IMG/VR virus record: IMGVR_UViG_3300030376_001117
Coordinates: 1-30,531 of that record
DNA: 30,531 nt
Strand: one strand, 5' to 3'
DNA from: a virus
Taxonomy: Duplodnaviria > Caudoviricetes
Of the stretch, positions 9,790 through 17,572 are shown piece by piece. The notes beneath the pieces were generated by a model, which was not told the origin of the DNA, ran no database searches, and was given only the letters and a program-made list of their open reading frames with translations. The position numbers and the translations under genes are program-made. Within the stretch, counting starts at the first letter, position 1, and every line of letters begins with the position of its first letter.

Positions 9790-10289
9790 TTGCTTATGTT
9801 TACTTGTATCTGTTTTTCTATTCCTATTGAGTAGGCTTCTACTAATTCATCTGGTAATCTTTTAAATGCTTCTTCAAATGGCTTAGTAAAAAACATACTA
9901 GGTCTTATACCTTTTTTATATATTGATCTAGCTATAAGATATTTTAAACTTTGCCTTTTTGCAAAAGCACCACCTTTACCTCTTGGTGCTATACCTTTGC
10001 GTATTACCCACTTATCGAATGCTCTTGTTGGTGGCATCTTATCTGTGTACTTATAAGGAGTGTTATATTTCTTTTCTTTACCACTTACCCCTTTATCTTG
10101 AAACTTACCATAATCTTCCATCTCAAAACTTAGAGAGGTCTTACCATTGTTTTCTTCAATATTAAAATTTAAACTATCGTATAACTCCCTTGATACATTC
10201 TTACGCTTTTTTGTAAGATTTGTTCTTGCTTGTTGTATAACATACTTAGCAAATTTATTTAGCTCATCTCTTACAAACTTATCTAACAT
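9786..10289 (-). CDS. Putative neck/tail completion protein (HK97 gp10-like)
   Basis: 167 aa, basic; YGKFQDKGV, IARSIYKKGIRPSMFF patterns; context. Confidence 0.5.
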   Translation of the reverse strand: MLDKFVRDELNKFAKYVIQQARTNLTKKRKNVSRELYDSLNFNIEENNGKTSLSFEMEDYGKFQDKGVSGKEKKYNTPYKYTDKMPPTRAFDKWVIRKGIAPRGKGGAFAKRQSLKYLIARSIYKKGIRPSMFFTKPFEEAFKRLPDELVEAYSIGIEKQIQVNISK

Positions 10290-10753
10290 ATAGTAATATC
10301 ATTATGTATTAATATATCCATAGTTGCAGCAAACCCAGCTAATCGATTATCAAACCTTTCATAAAAAGGCTCTAGTGTTGCATCTCCTTGTAATTGGAAT
10401 TTATCACTATATAATGTACCTCTGCGTAATACCATTATTAATTTATTCAATACTGCTAGTTGTGTGTTAAGTACATCTTGCTCATTATTGTTACCTACAA
10501 ATATATCTGTTGTTTCTTTCTTGCTCTCATCTACAACATCCATAGCCATAACAGTAATATTAAAAACTAATACTTGTTCTTGTGTGGTAATGCTATTTAT
10601 TACGATATGCGATAAAGGAAATATGCTTTGCTTAGATAAGTCTATGTCAAATATATCTCCTGTTGTAACTGTGTTTACATTAACATCACTTAATAGTTGT
10701 GTCTTAATTGTTTCTGTTAATTGGTAAAATCCTCTTATCCCTGTTTGGCTCAT
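10283..10753 (-). CDS. Putative tail terminator/completion protein
   Basis: 156 aa; FPLSHI and ERFDNRLAGF motifs; size and context. Confidence 0.5.
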   Translation of the reverse strand: MSQTGIRGFYQLTETIKTQLLSDVNVNTVTTGDIFDIDLSKQSIFPLSHIVINSITTQEQVLVFNITVMAMDVVDESKKETTDIFVGNNNEQDVLNTQLAVLNKLIMVLRRGTLYSDKFQLQGDATLEPFYERFDNRLAGFAATMDILIHNDITIC

Positions 10754-11004
10754 TGAAATTTGTTTTTAATTCTTGCTGCTTCTATATCGTTTTTCTCTTT
10801 TGTATATTCTAAAAAAGTTAGGCATTGATGTACGTTTAGTTTAGTGATATTTTCAAATCTTGTAATATCTCCATCAGCGATCGCATAGAGTGAGTTAAAC
10901 CATCCCCATTTTGCTGTAAAAGAAGATGCTGTGCTAAAGCCTTCTCGTTCTTCTTTTCCAAAGAGTTCAACATAACCATCGATAAGTCTTTGCCTAAATT
11001 GTAA
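10750..11004 (-). CDS. -1 frame extension (84 codons) of the 10836-11495 gene, reached by programmed frameshift; fusion about 248 aa
   Basis: Open -1 frame LQFRQRLIDGYVELFG...AKWGWFNSLYAIADGDITRFENITKLNVHQCLTFLEYTKEK...KFQ with no ATG/GTG/TTG of its own; begins at a T9 run; its TGA overlaps the next gene's ATG (ATGA). Confidence 0.7.
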   Translation of the reverse strand, partial: LQFRQRLIDGYVELFGKEEREGFSTASSFTAKWGWFNSLYAIADGDITRFENITKLNVHQCLTFLEYTKEKNDIEAARIKNKFQ

Positions 11005-11495
11005 AAAAAAACAATAGCACCTAATACTACATCTAAAGGAAATTCTTTAGCAATCTCGCTAGTGTCTGGGTCATAATCTTTTATATTATATCTATTACCT
11101 CTTTTGTATTCTATTGGTCTAAACAACACGTTTAAAGCTCTATGTAAATTATTATTATCGCCTATGAATGTATCTAAGTCCATATACTCCCCAAAGCTCA
11201 TATCGTCTAACTCTGGAATAAAGCCATACTCTACTCCGTTAAGTGTAAACCTTTTTAATAATTGATCATTTGAAGAATCAAACATACTGTTAATAATTCC
11301 ACATATCTCTGCTATGTCTGTTGCTTTCATTCGTCTAACAACATCATCAGAAACATTACAAAATATTTTTACTATCTCTAACTGTATTGAAGAATCGTTT
11401 GTATCTTCTAACTTACTTTCTAACTTTGAAAACTCTTGATATTGTGCAAGGGTTACATCATTTAAAGTTGTTGGTATTTTTAGATTAACTTTCAT
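10836..11495 (-). CDS. Putative tail assembly chaperone (0-frame product, 219 aa)
   Basis: First gene of the tail operon; contains slippery GTT TTT TTT TAC at 11001-11012; chaperone role inferred by analogy to lambda G/GT. Confidence 0.55.
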   Translation of the reverse strand: MKVNLKIPTTLNDVTLAQYQEFSKLESKLEDTNDSSIQLEIVKIFCNVSDDVVRRMKATDIAEICGIINSMFDSSNDQLLKRFTLNGVEYGFIPELDDMSFGEYMDLDTFIGDNNNLHRALNVLFRPIEYKRGNRYNIKDYDPDTSEIAKEFPLDVVLGAIVFFYNLGKDLSMVMLNSLEKKNEKALAQHLLLQQNGDGLTHSMRSLMEILQDLKISLN

Positions 11496-11526
11496 ACTAA
11501 TATATAAACGTTTTTAAATTATTTTA
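11493..11526 (-). promoter_or_regulatory. Putative phage late promoter TAAAA-N14-TTATATATTAGT-ATG
   Basis: Repeat motif abutting the ATG at 11495. Confidence 0.75.
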
Positions 11527-11537
11527 GAACAAGGTAC

Positions 11538-11565
11538 AAAAAAACCCCTACATTTCTGTAAGGGT
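11538..11565 (-). terminator. Rho-independent terminator
   Basis: ACCCTTACA-GAAA-TGTAGGGGT followed by a T run. Confidence 0.85.
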
Positions 11566-11628
11566 GTTATGATGTGCTTACAATTATATAAAAGTTTGCT
11601 TCAAATAACTATTTATTTAATATATTTA

Positions 11629-11982
11629 TTAAGATATAATATTACTTAAATTTTTATCCTTTAAAAGTATATATTCTGCCAGAGCTGACCAACCTATAAC
11701 ATATACGATCATATTAACTAGATTTTCTGCATCTGTGTAGTTTTGACATTCTCCAAAATTATGTCTTTCGTAATCCTGCACATATTCTATGCCCTCAAAA
11801 ATAGTTACGTTGTGTTCTTTCAGCCATTTCTCTGCATTATAATATCCAATTATATAATAATCTTCATTAAATAACTGATGATGTAATTCTGCCTCATCTT
11901 CTTGTAAGTGATTATTTTCATAAATATCTTCTATGTGTTGCACTAGCTCTTCTTGTATTGAATTAATTGACTGTTGTTTCAT
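11629..11982 (-). CDS. Highly acidic 117-aa protein; possible Ocr-like DNA mimic (stand-alone moron-like unit)
   Basis: About 22 D/E versus 6 K/R; flanked by its own promoter-like region and a terminator; function is inference. Confidence 0.45.
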   Translation of the reverse strand: MKQQSINSIQEELVQHIEDIYENNHLQEDEAELHHQLFNEDYYIIGYYNAEKWLKEHNVTIFEGIEYVQDYERHNFGECQNYTDAENLVNMIVYVIGWSALAEYILLKDKNLSNIIS

Positions 11983-12026
11983 TGTTAAAATATTAAATTG
12001 TTAATAATTGTTTTTGTTTTATGTTA

Positions 12027-12061
12027 TAAATATAATAATTTTTAAACAAATTATAAACAAA
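12027..12061 (-). promoter_or_regulatory. Possible host-type early promoter with tandem TTTGTTTA repeats
   Basis: TATATTTA (variant -7 box) at 12027-12034; 19-mer TTTGTTTATAATTTGTTTA identical to 18000-18018; -33 spacing is imperfect (23 nt). Confidence 0.5.
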
Positions 12062-12085
12062 AAATAATAAAAATTTTTGATTAAA

Positions 12086-13249
12086 TTATTGAACTGCATA
12101 TTTACCAAAGTTTGGTCTGCTCAATATTGAATAAGTAGCATATCTGGATGCATCTATAAGGTGGTCATTTTTTTGTACTGGCTTATTTGTTAGTTTACCG
12201 CTTCTGTCCTCTAACCATTTATAATTTCTAAACTCCATTATTAGATTGTTGCTATCACTCGTTAAATGTATCTTAAAACGCTTTAAAAGGTCTATGCCAG
12301 CATTAATACTGTCTCTGCCTTTTAAACTTGGCTGAACATTATGACCCATCCTCCTTAGTTCTGCAATTAAGCGAGGTTCTGCTGCATCAAAATAAATAGT
12401 ATTACGACCTACGCCTACAAGCTTAAAATGGTCGCTTAAATCCCTTGTAGTCATCATTGTTCTATAAAGATGCTCTTTAATATATAAGTTATGTTCTTTT
12501 TTGTAGACTGAAACTAAGGTGCTAGGGTCATTAGTATATCCTGCATCTGCACCATAAGAAATAAACTCTGCATCTTCTGGTATCTTAACACATTCATAGT
12601 AATTAAATATAGTTGCTTTACTTGTACCCTTTTCTCCTAATCCGTATATCTGCCAATACTGCTCATCAGTTTCTTTTAAACGTTCTATTTCTTTTATGAT
12701 TGATTTATCTAAAAAAGGATTATCGTTGTATGTAGTTATGTAAAACTCAACATCATCTCTGGTAAGCACCTTATCGTATATCCAATGGTATTCATCACTT
12801 GGGTTATAATCTAATACTATCTTATCTGTTGTTCTAAATATAAGCTGCTGCCAGTCTTCATACTCTAACTCATTAGCTTCATTAATGAATAATAAATCCC
12901 TTTTACGTCCTCTTATCTTTTGTGGCTGATCTACACTTATAAACTCAACTAAATTGTTGTTAAGAATATACTCGCTTGAAGATTTGTTATGAAGTTCCTC
13001 TCTATAAAAATTATGCTGCTTAAGTATATCTATAAAGTCACGCATAACAGTTGCCCTTACACTAGGAAATGTTTTACGTGCTATTGTTATAGTTTTTTGG
13101 CGTTGCCTTAAACAATAATTAAAAATAAGATAAAGCAAAATATTAAAGGTTTTTCCAGACCTTGTACCACCTTGTTCTACTATTATTTTCTTTTTGCTAT
13201 TTAATAGATGCTTATAAACAACATTAGTTTGTATCTTCGGTCTTATCAA
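12086..13249 (-). CDS. terL: Terminase large subunit (PBSX/SPP1-like family)
   Basis: Walker A QGGTRSGKT, Walker B LFINEANE, DYNP coupling motif, RNase H-like DAGYTNDP and NDHLIDASRYA. Confidence 0.95.
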   Translation of the reverse strand: MIRPKIQTNVVYKHLLNSKKKIIVEQGGTRSGKTFNILLYLIFNYCLRQRQKTITIARKTFPSVRATVMRDFIDILKQHNFYREELHNKSSSEYILNNNLVEFISVDQPQKIRGRKRDLLFINEANELEYEDWQQLIFRTTDKIVLDYNPSDEYHWIYDKVLTRDDVEFYITTYNDNPFLDKSIIKEIERLKETDEQYWQIYGLGEKGTSKATIFNYYECVKIPEDAEFISYGADAGYTNDPSTLVSVYKKEHNLYIKEHLYRTMMTTRDLSDHFKLVGVGRNTIYFDAAEPRLIAELRRMGHNVQPSLKGRDSINAGIDLLKRFKIHLTSDSNNLIMEFRNYKWLEDRSGKLTNKPVQKNDHLIDASRYATYSILSRPNFGKYAVQ

Positions 13250-13580
13250 TTATTTCTATTTGAAAGTTATTAGGCATACCATCAGCGCCTGTAATTTCTT
13301 GTCTTTCAATATAGCCTCTTTTCTTTCCTTTTGTCTTTAAATAGAAAATAGTTGCAGCAGTTGAGTTATCAGATATTTGTTTATGCAATTGACTTTCAGC
13401 AAAATCTAATGCTACATTTTGCAAATCATCTACTTTATTTCTAAAATCCTCATCATTATTGTACCACTCATAATAAGTAGTTCTTCCTACATCTACCCTT
13501 TTACAGGCTGTTGTAACTATACCTAAACTTTTCTCAAGTGCTTCGAGTAATGCCTTTTTATGGTGTTCGGTTTTGTTCAT
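13224..13580 (-). CDS. terS: Terminase small subunit
   Basis: N-terminal HTH (GIVTTACKRVDVGRTTYYEW), ATIFYLKTKGKKRGY; directly upstream of terL. Confidence 0.85.
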   Translation of the reverse strand: MNKTEHHKKALLEALEKSLGIVTTACKRVDVGRTTYYEWYNNDEDFRNKVDDLQNVALDFAESQLHKQISDNSTAATIFYLKTKGKKRGYIERQEITGADGMPNNFQIEIIDKTEDTN

Positions 13581-13593
13581 ATAATTTTATTAG

Positions 13594-13664
13594 AGCGATA
13601 GGGTGGAATTGAACCCCTCTTCCTGACTGGAATGTCAGGCGTGCAACCATTACACTTCTATCGC
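13594..13664 (-). tRNA. Non-canonical tRNA-Gly(UCC)-like RNA
   Basis: GCGATAG AA GTGT AATGGTT GCAC G CCTGA CATTCCAG TCAGG AAG AGGGG TTCAATT CCACC CTATCGC T: perfect 7-bp acceptor stem, U73, D-loop GG, TTC loop; but A8, 8-nt anticodon loop, broken T stem, no encoded CCA. Confidence 0.85.
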
Positions 13665-14234
13665 ATTTTTAGGATATTCTTTTTTTAATTTACTACACGT
13701 TTTTTTTAATTCATTTGTTAAAGGATAAATATACTTATATTTTCCTGATTTTTTTCTTTTAGGTATTTTTCCTCTCAAGCTTTTAGGTATTCTAGATATA
13801 ATTCTTTTGTGTCTCCATTTACCTTTGTAATATATTTCCTCGCCACTTGTTTCAGTTTCATCTATTAATATCCAATTAGTAGCTTGATATATTATACCTT
13901 TATGATTTTGTCCTTTGTCTGCATAACTAAATAATAATTTTACTAGTGGGTAATTTTTTTTAATTAGTCTAATTGCTATTGCCATTGCTTTACTTGTACT
14001 CTCCTGTTTACCATTTAAAGCCATTCTTGTTAATTCTAAAAACTGACCGCCTACTAATCCAAATTTTTTTCCTAGATTATAATTAGCACCTGCTCCAAAT
14101 GTTATACATCCACTCCATTCATTATTTTTATTATAAACATTATAAGCAACTTGAGTTACAGGAATTGCTTTAGCATAATGAAAATTCAAACAAGCATATT
14201 TTATGGCTTTATATGAAGCAGGCTCTAATCTCAT
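13650..14234 (-). CDS. mom: Mom-family GNAT-fold DNA adenine modification enzyme
   Basis: 194 aa with FHY, GCITFG, ELTRM, SYADxxQxHxGxIYQATNW, KYKYIY and terminal YPK motifs characteristic of Mom-like proteins. Confidence 0.8.
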   Translation of the reverse strand: MRLEPASYKAIKYACLNFHYAKAIPVTQVAYNVYNKNNEWSGCITFGAGANYNLGKKFGLVGGQFLELTRMALNGKQESTSKAMAIAIRLIKKNYPLVKLLFSYADKGQNHKGIIYQATNWILIDETETSGEEIYYKGKWRHKRIISRIPKSLRGKIPKRKKSGKYKYIYPLTNELKKTCSKLKKEYPKNAIEV

Positions 14235-14755
14235 TATGATACAGAATAAAAAGAATTTTTATAATTTTTTAATATATATTTAAGTTCGAGTTCTGCACTT
14301 TCTAAATCATCTATATTACTAAAAGTAATTTTAATTGATGGTTTAGAATCTTTTTCATCTCCAATTAAATCTTCAGGACTTGGCATTTCTTCAAACTCTA
14401 AAGGTAAATCCAAACCCCAGGCATCTAACTCATTTACATCCCAACCATTAGCTATCATATCCCAATCCCATTCACCAAATCCAACATTATCTTTTACAAT
14501 AAATTCTCTTTGTTGTTGTTCTGTTAAGTCATCTGCCTTTAATACCCACACTTCTTTAAGTCCAGCTTCTTTACAAGCTTTTAATCTCATATTACCACCA
14601 AGAACTACCATATTATTATTTACAACAATAGGTCTAATTTTAAGCATTTCGGGAAAATCTTTTATACTTTTAACAAGTTTTTTGAATTTATAATCTTTTA
14701 TAAATCTTGGGTTTTTTAAATTTGATTTTATACTATTTATTTTTAATAACTCCAT
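14234..14755 (-). CDS. ParB/Srx N-terminal-domain protein
   Basis: NPRFIK..KLVKSI..RPIVV..VLGGNMRLKAC..IVKDN..GEWD motifs; TAATG-coupled to the Mom-like gene. Confidence 0.85.
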   Translation of the reverse strand: MELLKINSIKSNLKNPRFIKDYKFKKLVKSIKDFPEMLKIRPIVVNNNMVVLGGNMRLKACKEAGLKEVWVLKADDLTEQQQREFIVKDNVGFGEWDWDMIANGWDVNELDAWGLDLPLEFEEMPSPEDLIGDEKDSKPSIKITFSNIDDLESAELELKYILKNYKNSFYSVS

Positions 14756-14786
14756 ATTAATATATAAATTAATTAATTTTTTTTTA
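14753..14786 (-). promoter_or_regulatory. Putative phage late promoter TAAAA-N14-TTATATATTAAT-ATG
   Basis: Repeat motif abutting the ATG at 14755; heads the ParB-Mom-tRNA-terS-terL operon. Confidence 0.75.
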
Positions 14787-15140
14787 GTTCATTAATATTT
14801 CTTCTATCTGTTGTATCTGTTCATCAGTAGCATCAGGTATTTGTCCTAAGACATAAAGTTTAGGATCGCCTATAAGTGCTTTAAAGATAAGTTCTAAATC
14901 TGGATTATAGAAACAATTTTGTTGATAGTTTCTTAAATGATAAAGAATAGTTGAGTGATGAATACTGTAACCACATCTTTTATAATCTCTCATTATTTCT
15001 GTTAATCTCATCTTTTTTACTTTACTCATATAGTGAATAGAAACGCACCTCATCTCTATAACTTCTCTACGTCTTGTTTTTTCAAAGATGTCTATGTTGT
15101 TTAGTGTTAGTATTGTTTCTCTTATTGCTTCTAATTTCAT
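14784..15140 (-). CDS. DnaA C-terminal-like HTH DNA-binding protein
   Basis: TRRREVIEMR...LTEI...HHSTILYHLR resembles DnaA domain IV (R..R.I...DHTTV.H). Confidence 0.55.
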   Translation of the reverse strand: MKLEAIRETILTLNNIDIFEKTRRREVIEMRCVSIHYMSKVKKMRLTEIMRDYKRCGYSIHHSTILYHLRNYQQNCFYNPDLELIFKALIGDPKLYVLGQIPDATDEQIQQIEEILMN

Positions 15141-15262
15141 ACTACTTCTTTTTCTACTTTCTTGTATATAGCGTATCCGTTTTCTTTTAACAGTTGTATA
15201 GCTTCTTCTATTTGTTTCTGCTTTATTCTATATGTGTCAAATATTTCGTTATGTATTACCAT
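15137..15262 (-). CDS. Small hypothetical protein (41 aa)
   Basis: MVIHNEIFDTYRIKQKQIEEAIQLLKENGYAIYKKVEKEVV; ATGA coupling to the next gene. Confidence 0.65.
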   Translation of the reverse strand: MVIHNEIFDTYRIKQKQIEEAIQLLKENGYAIYKKVEKEVV

Positions 15263-15707
15263 TGTTTTTATTGTTATATTTACTTAAGGGTGCTTTACCC
15301 TCTTTTTCTAATTCTTTCTGTAAGTAAGCTAAGGCTCTCCAAGCTACCTTTGCTGAATGTCTTTGCCCATCTGTGTCTATTGTACCAGCCTCTATTAAGT
15401 GCCTTGCTAGTGCATCTAGTTCGTCTGATGATTTAGCTCTATCCCAATGTAAAGGTTTGTCTGGATGGTGTTGTTGATTACCAACCCAAGATACTTTAGC
15501 TACCTCTCTTATTGCATCTGGGAAGTATTTAAGCACTCCACTATATACAGGCATTTGTTTCCTCTCTTGTTTTACCATTTCTTCATATTGGTAAAATTCG
15601 TCTTCGTCATATACCCCAGCTTTCCATTCTTCGCACTCTAACTCTTCTTGTTCGTTAATTATGTATGCTGTTTCAGTTCCACTAATGTAATCAATCTTTT
15701 TATTCAT
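15249..15707 (-). CDS. dATP/dGTP diphosphohydrolase-like protein (DUF5664-type)
   Basis: FPDAIREVAKVSWVGNQQH...W...DALARHL...DTDGQRHSAKVAWRALAYLQ helical NTP-PPase-like pattern. Confidence 0.65.
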   Translation of the reverse strand: MNKKIDYISGTETAYIINEQEELECEEWKAGVYDEDEFYQYEEMVKQERKQMPVYSGVLKYFPDAIREVAKVSWVGNQQHHPDKPLHWDRAKSSDELDALARHLIEAGTIDTDGQRHSAKVAWRALAYLQKELEKEGKAPLSKYNNKNNGNT

Positions 15708-15890
15708 TTATATTTTTTTAGTTGTTGTTCCTGGTACTATCTTAGATCTTATATTTGTTCTGCTAAAGTAATGGGTTTGTACATTTTCATTACAAGATAT
15801 AAACTTAACCTTGTTTTTTGTTTTGCTTATCTCTGATAAGTTTACCCACTTGCCCTTTATCTTTCTCCATATTGATTTTTTTGTTTTCAT
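15708..15890 (-). CDS. Hypothetical basic protein (60 aa)
   Basis: ORF track; abuts the downstream start. Confidence 0.5.
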   Translation of the reverse strand: MKTKKSIWRKIKGKWVNLSEISKTKNKVKFISCNENVQTHYFSRTNIRSKIVPGTTTKKI

Positions 15891-15999
15891 CTTTCTTTTC
15901 TAATTTTATTTTAATAGCTTCTATCTTTACATATAACTGTGCTACTATGTTTTCTAGTCTAAGTATTCTTTGTATCTGTGTGTGTTTTTTTGCTTTCAT
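15805..15999 (-). CDS. Hypothetical coiled-coil protein (64 aa)
   Basis: ORF track; QIQRILRLENIVAQLY helix. Confidence 0.55.
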   Translation of the reverse strand: MKAKKHTQIQRILRLENIVAQLYVKIEAIKIKLEKKDENKKINMEKDKGQVGKLIRDKQNKKQG

Positions 16000-16387
16000 T
16001 TTTTTTATAAATTGCGTTCCATTTTTTATTATGTTTTAACCACATATATCTTCTTGCATCTGCTGGTTTTGGTGTATTGCCCCTTACCTTATAAGTCATT
16101 GTATGCTCATCTATTGGAATAAATTTAACTTTTTTATTATTTTTCTTATTAGATAATATTGATTTTTTTTTATTTATAACTACCCAGTCTATAATTTTAC
16201 CATCACAATTATTTATATCTTTACATAAAATTTCATTATTTTCTATGCTACATTCATAAGCATAATAACTGTTTTTGCAATGCATACAATTAACAACAGT
16301 ATCTTTATCGAAAGTATTTTTTATTGGAGTGTTTTTATTTAGAAATTTTATTTTTTCTTCTATACTCACAACTCCCCAGTTAAGCAA
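15959..16387 (-). CDS. Hypothetical protein with Zn-ribbon-like cysteines; start uncertain
   Basis: CMHC...C...CxxxxxCDGKIIDW. Confidence 0.55.
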   Translation of the reverse strand: MLNWGVVSIEEKIKFLNKNTPIKNTFDKDTVVNCMHCKNSYYAYECSIENNEILCKDINNCDGKIIDWVVINKKKSILSNKKNNKKVKFIPIDEHTMTYKVRGNTPKPADARRYMWLKHNKKWNAIYKKNESKKTHTDTKNT

Positions 16388-17142
16388 TAGTTATCTAAGT
16401 CAGCACCCTCTATAAAGAACTTGTTGTATAAATCAAGTGCTTTCTCTACTTTCTGCTCTCCTCTGTAATAAAATTCCTCAGAGCAGTTAAAGATACCTAT
16501 GTCTAATGATCCTTTATCTAACACCAGAAAATAGAAGTCTTTATAGTCTTTGTTGAATAGATTACAGTATAAGTAGCATTGTACATCATATCCGTACTTG
16601 TTAGCACTCCAGCTAAAGTCTTTTATGTTTGTTGTAGTCTTTAGGTCTACTATTCTATTTGTAGCTAAGACATCTGCTTTACCTCTAAACGGAAAACCTA
16701 AGACATTATCTATTGCTGGTATCTCAAACTCTGCTTTAGTTATTAGTTCCTTTGCGTGTTCGTTACGATAGAACGCATCTACAAGCCTTTCTGCTTCTCC
16801 TCTTTCTTTAGCAGTAAAAGCTGTACCAAACTCTTCCTGTACTTCCTTAAACTTCTTTGTGTTTCTACTTTGTACCTCAACAAATTTTTGTGATGCAAAC
16901 TTCTCTGGCTCAAGGATTGCCCAATGAAATAAAGCACCAGCTCTAAGTGCAGCACTATCTCCACTACCATACTTTAAACTAAACTTATATGTCTTAGGAC
17001 TTGACAGAAGCTGTTTAAGGCTACTACTACTAAGAGCTAGAGTGTTTAGTTCTCCATAGTAAAAGTTATCATCTTCCATACGTTTAAGCAGTTCTGTTTT
17101 GTCGTAGTATTTATTATCTAATAGTTTTATCTTAGATTTCAT
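16366..17142 (-). CDS. RecE/exonuclease VIII-like PD-(D/E)XK nuclease (DUF3799-like)
   Basis: LSSSSLK, GALFH.AILEP, RGKAD, IVDLKTT, YGYDVQ..LY motifs. Confidence 0.8.
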   Translation of the reverse strand: MKSKIKLLDNKYYDKTELLKRMEDDNFYYGELNTLALSSSSLKQLLSSPKTYKFSLKYGSGDSAALRAGALFHWAILEPEKFASQKFVEVQSRNTKKFKEVQEEFGTAFTAKERGEAERLVDAFYRNEHAKELITKAEFEIPAIDNVLGFPFRGKADVLATNRIVDLKTTTNIKDFSWSANKYGYDVQCYLYCNLFNKDYKDFYFLVLDKGSLDIGIFNCSEEFYYRGEQKVEKALDLYNKFFIEGADLDNYCLTGEL

Positions 17143-17386
17143 ATTGTTTTAATTCTTCTTTTAGTTTTAGTATCTCTTTGTTTTTTTCGTTTCTTACTAG
17201 GCTTTCTCTTTTAGTTATTATCTCAACCTCTGTAAGTAATGTATTGGTAAACATACCTATCTCTGTAATAGCTTTTATACAATTACTTATGTCTTTATTG
17301 TTTGGCTTTTGTTTTTGCCATTGTAATAACTTATCTACTAAAAAAGAATACCAAACATTGTAAGATTGTTTTTGTAAAAGATTCAT
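17132..17386 (-). CDS. Hypothetical protein (84 aa; start revised to MNLLQKQ)
   Basis: ATG at 17386 overlaps the upstream TGA (ATGA). Confidence 0.65.
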   Translation of the reverse strand: MNLLQKQSYNVWYSFLVDKLLQWQKQKPNNKDISNCIKAITEIGMFTNTLLTEVEIITKRESLVRNEKNKEILKLKEELKQYEI

Positions 17387-17571
17387 CTTGAAATACCTAA
17401 TATAAATCCTAATACTCCACAACCTAAAAACATAAGGAATAAAATTAATTGCATTATAGTATCTCTATGCCTCATTAATCTACGCTCTTGTTCTTCAAGT
17501 TCTTTTTGTGTGTAAACTTCTATTCTATTTTTTCTTGTTTCGATATGTAGTCCTGTCTTTGTTTTTTTCAT
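17383..17571 (-). CDS. Small membrane protein (62 aa)
   Basis: C-terminal hydrophobic helix IMQLILFLMFLGCGVLGFILGI. Confidence 0.7.
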   Translation of the reverse strand: MKKTKTGLHIETRKNRIEVYTQKELEEQERRLMRHRDTIMQLILFLMFLGCGVLGFILGISR

Positions 17572-17572
17572 T

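Noticed and set aside
13594-13664. Ordinary translational tRNA-Gly, +1 frameshift-suppressor tRNA, or attP remnant
   Set aside because: Lacks U8 and A21, has an 8-nt loop and a broken T stem. No +1 frameshift target or integrase was seen. A suppressor role is not formally excluded but is less consistent with the overlap with mom.
15249-15707. 2-aminoadenine (Z) genome system
   Set aside because: No PurZ, HD-domain dATPase or phage DNA polymerase was recognised.
16779-16970. 63-aa minus-strand ORF nested in the exonuclease gene
   Set aside because: Out-of-frame overlap with a conserved gene and no independent support.
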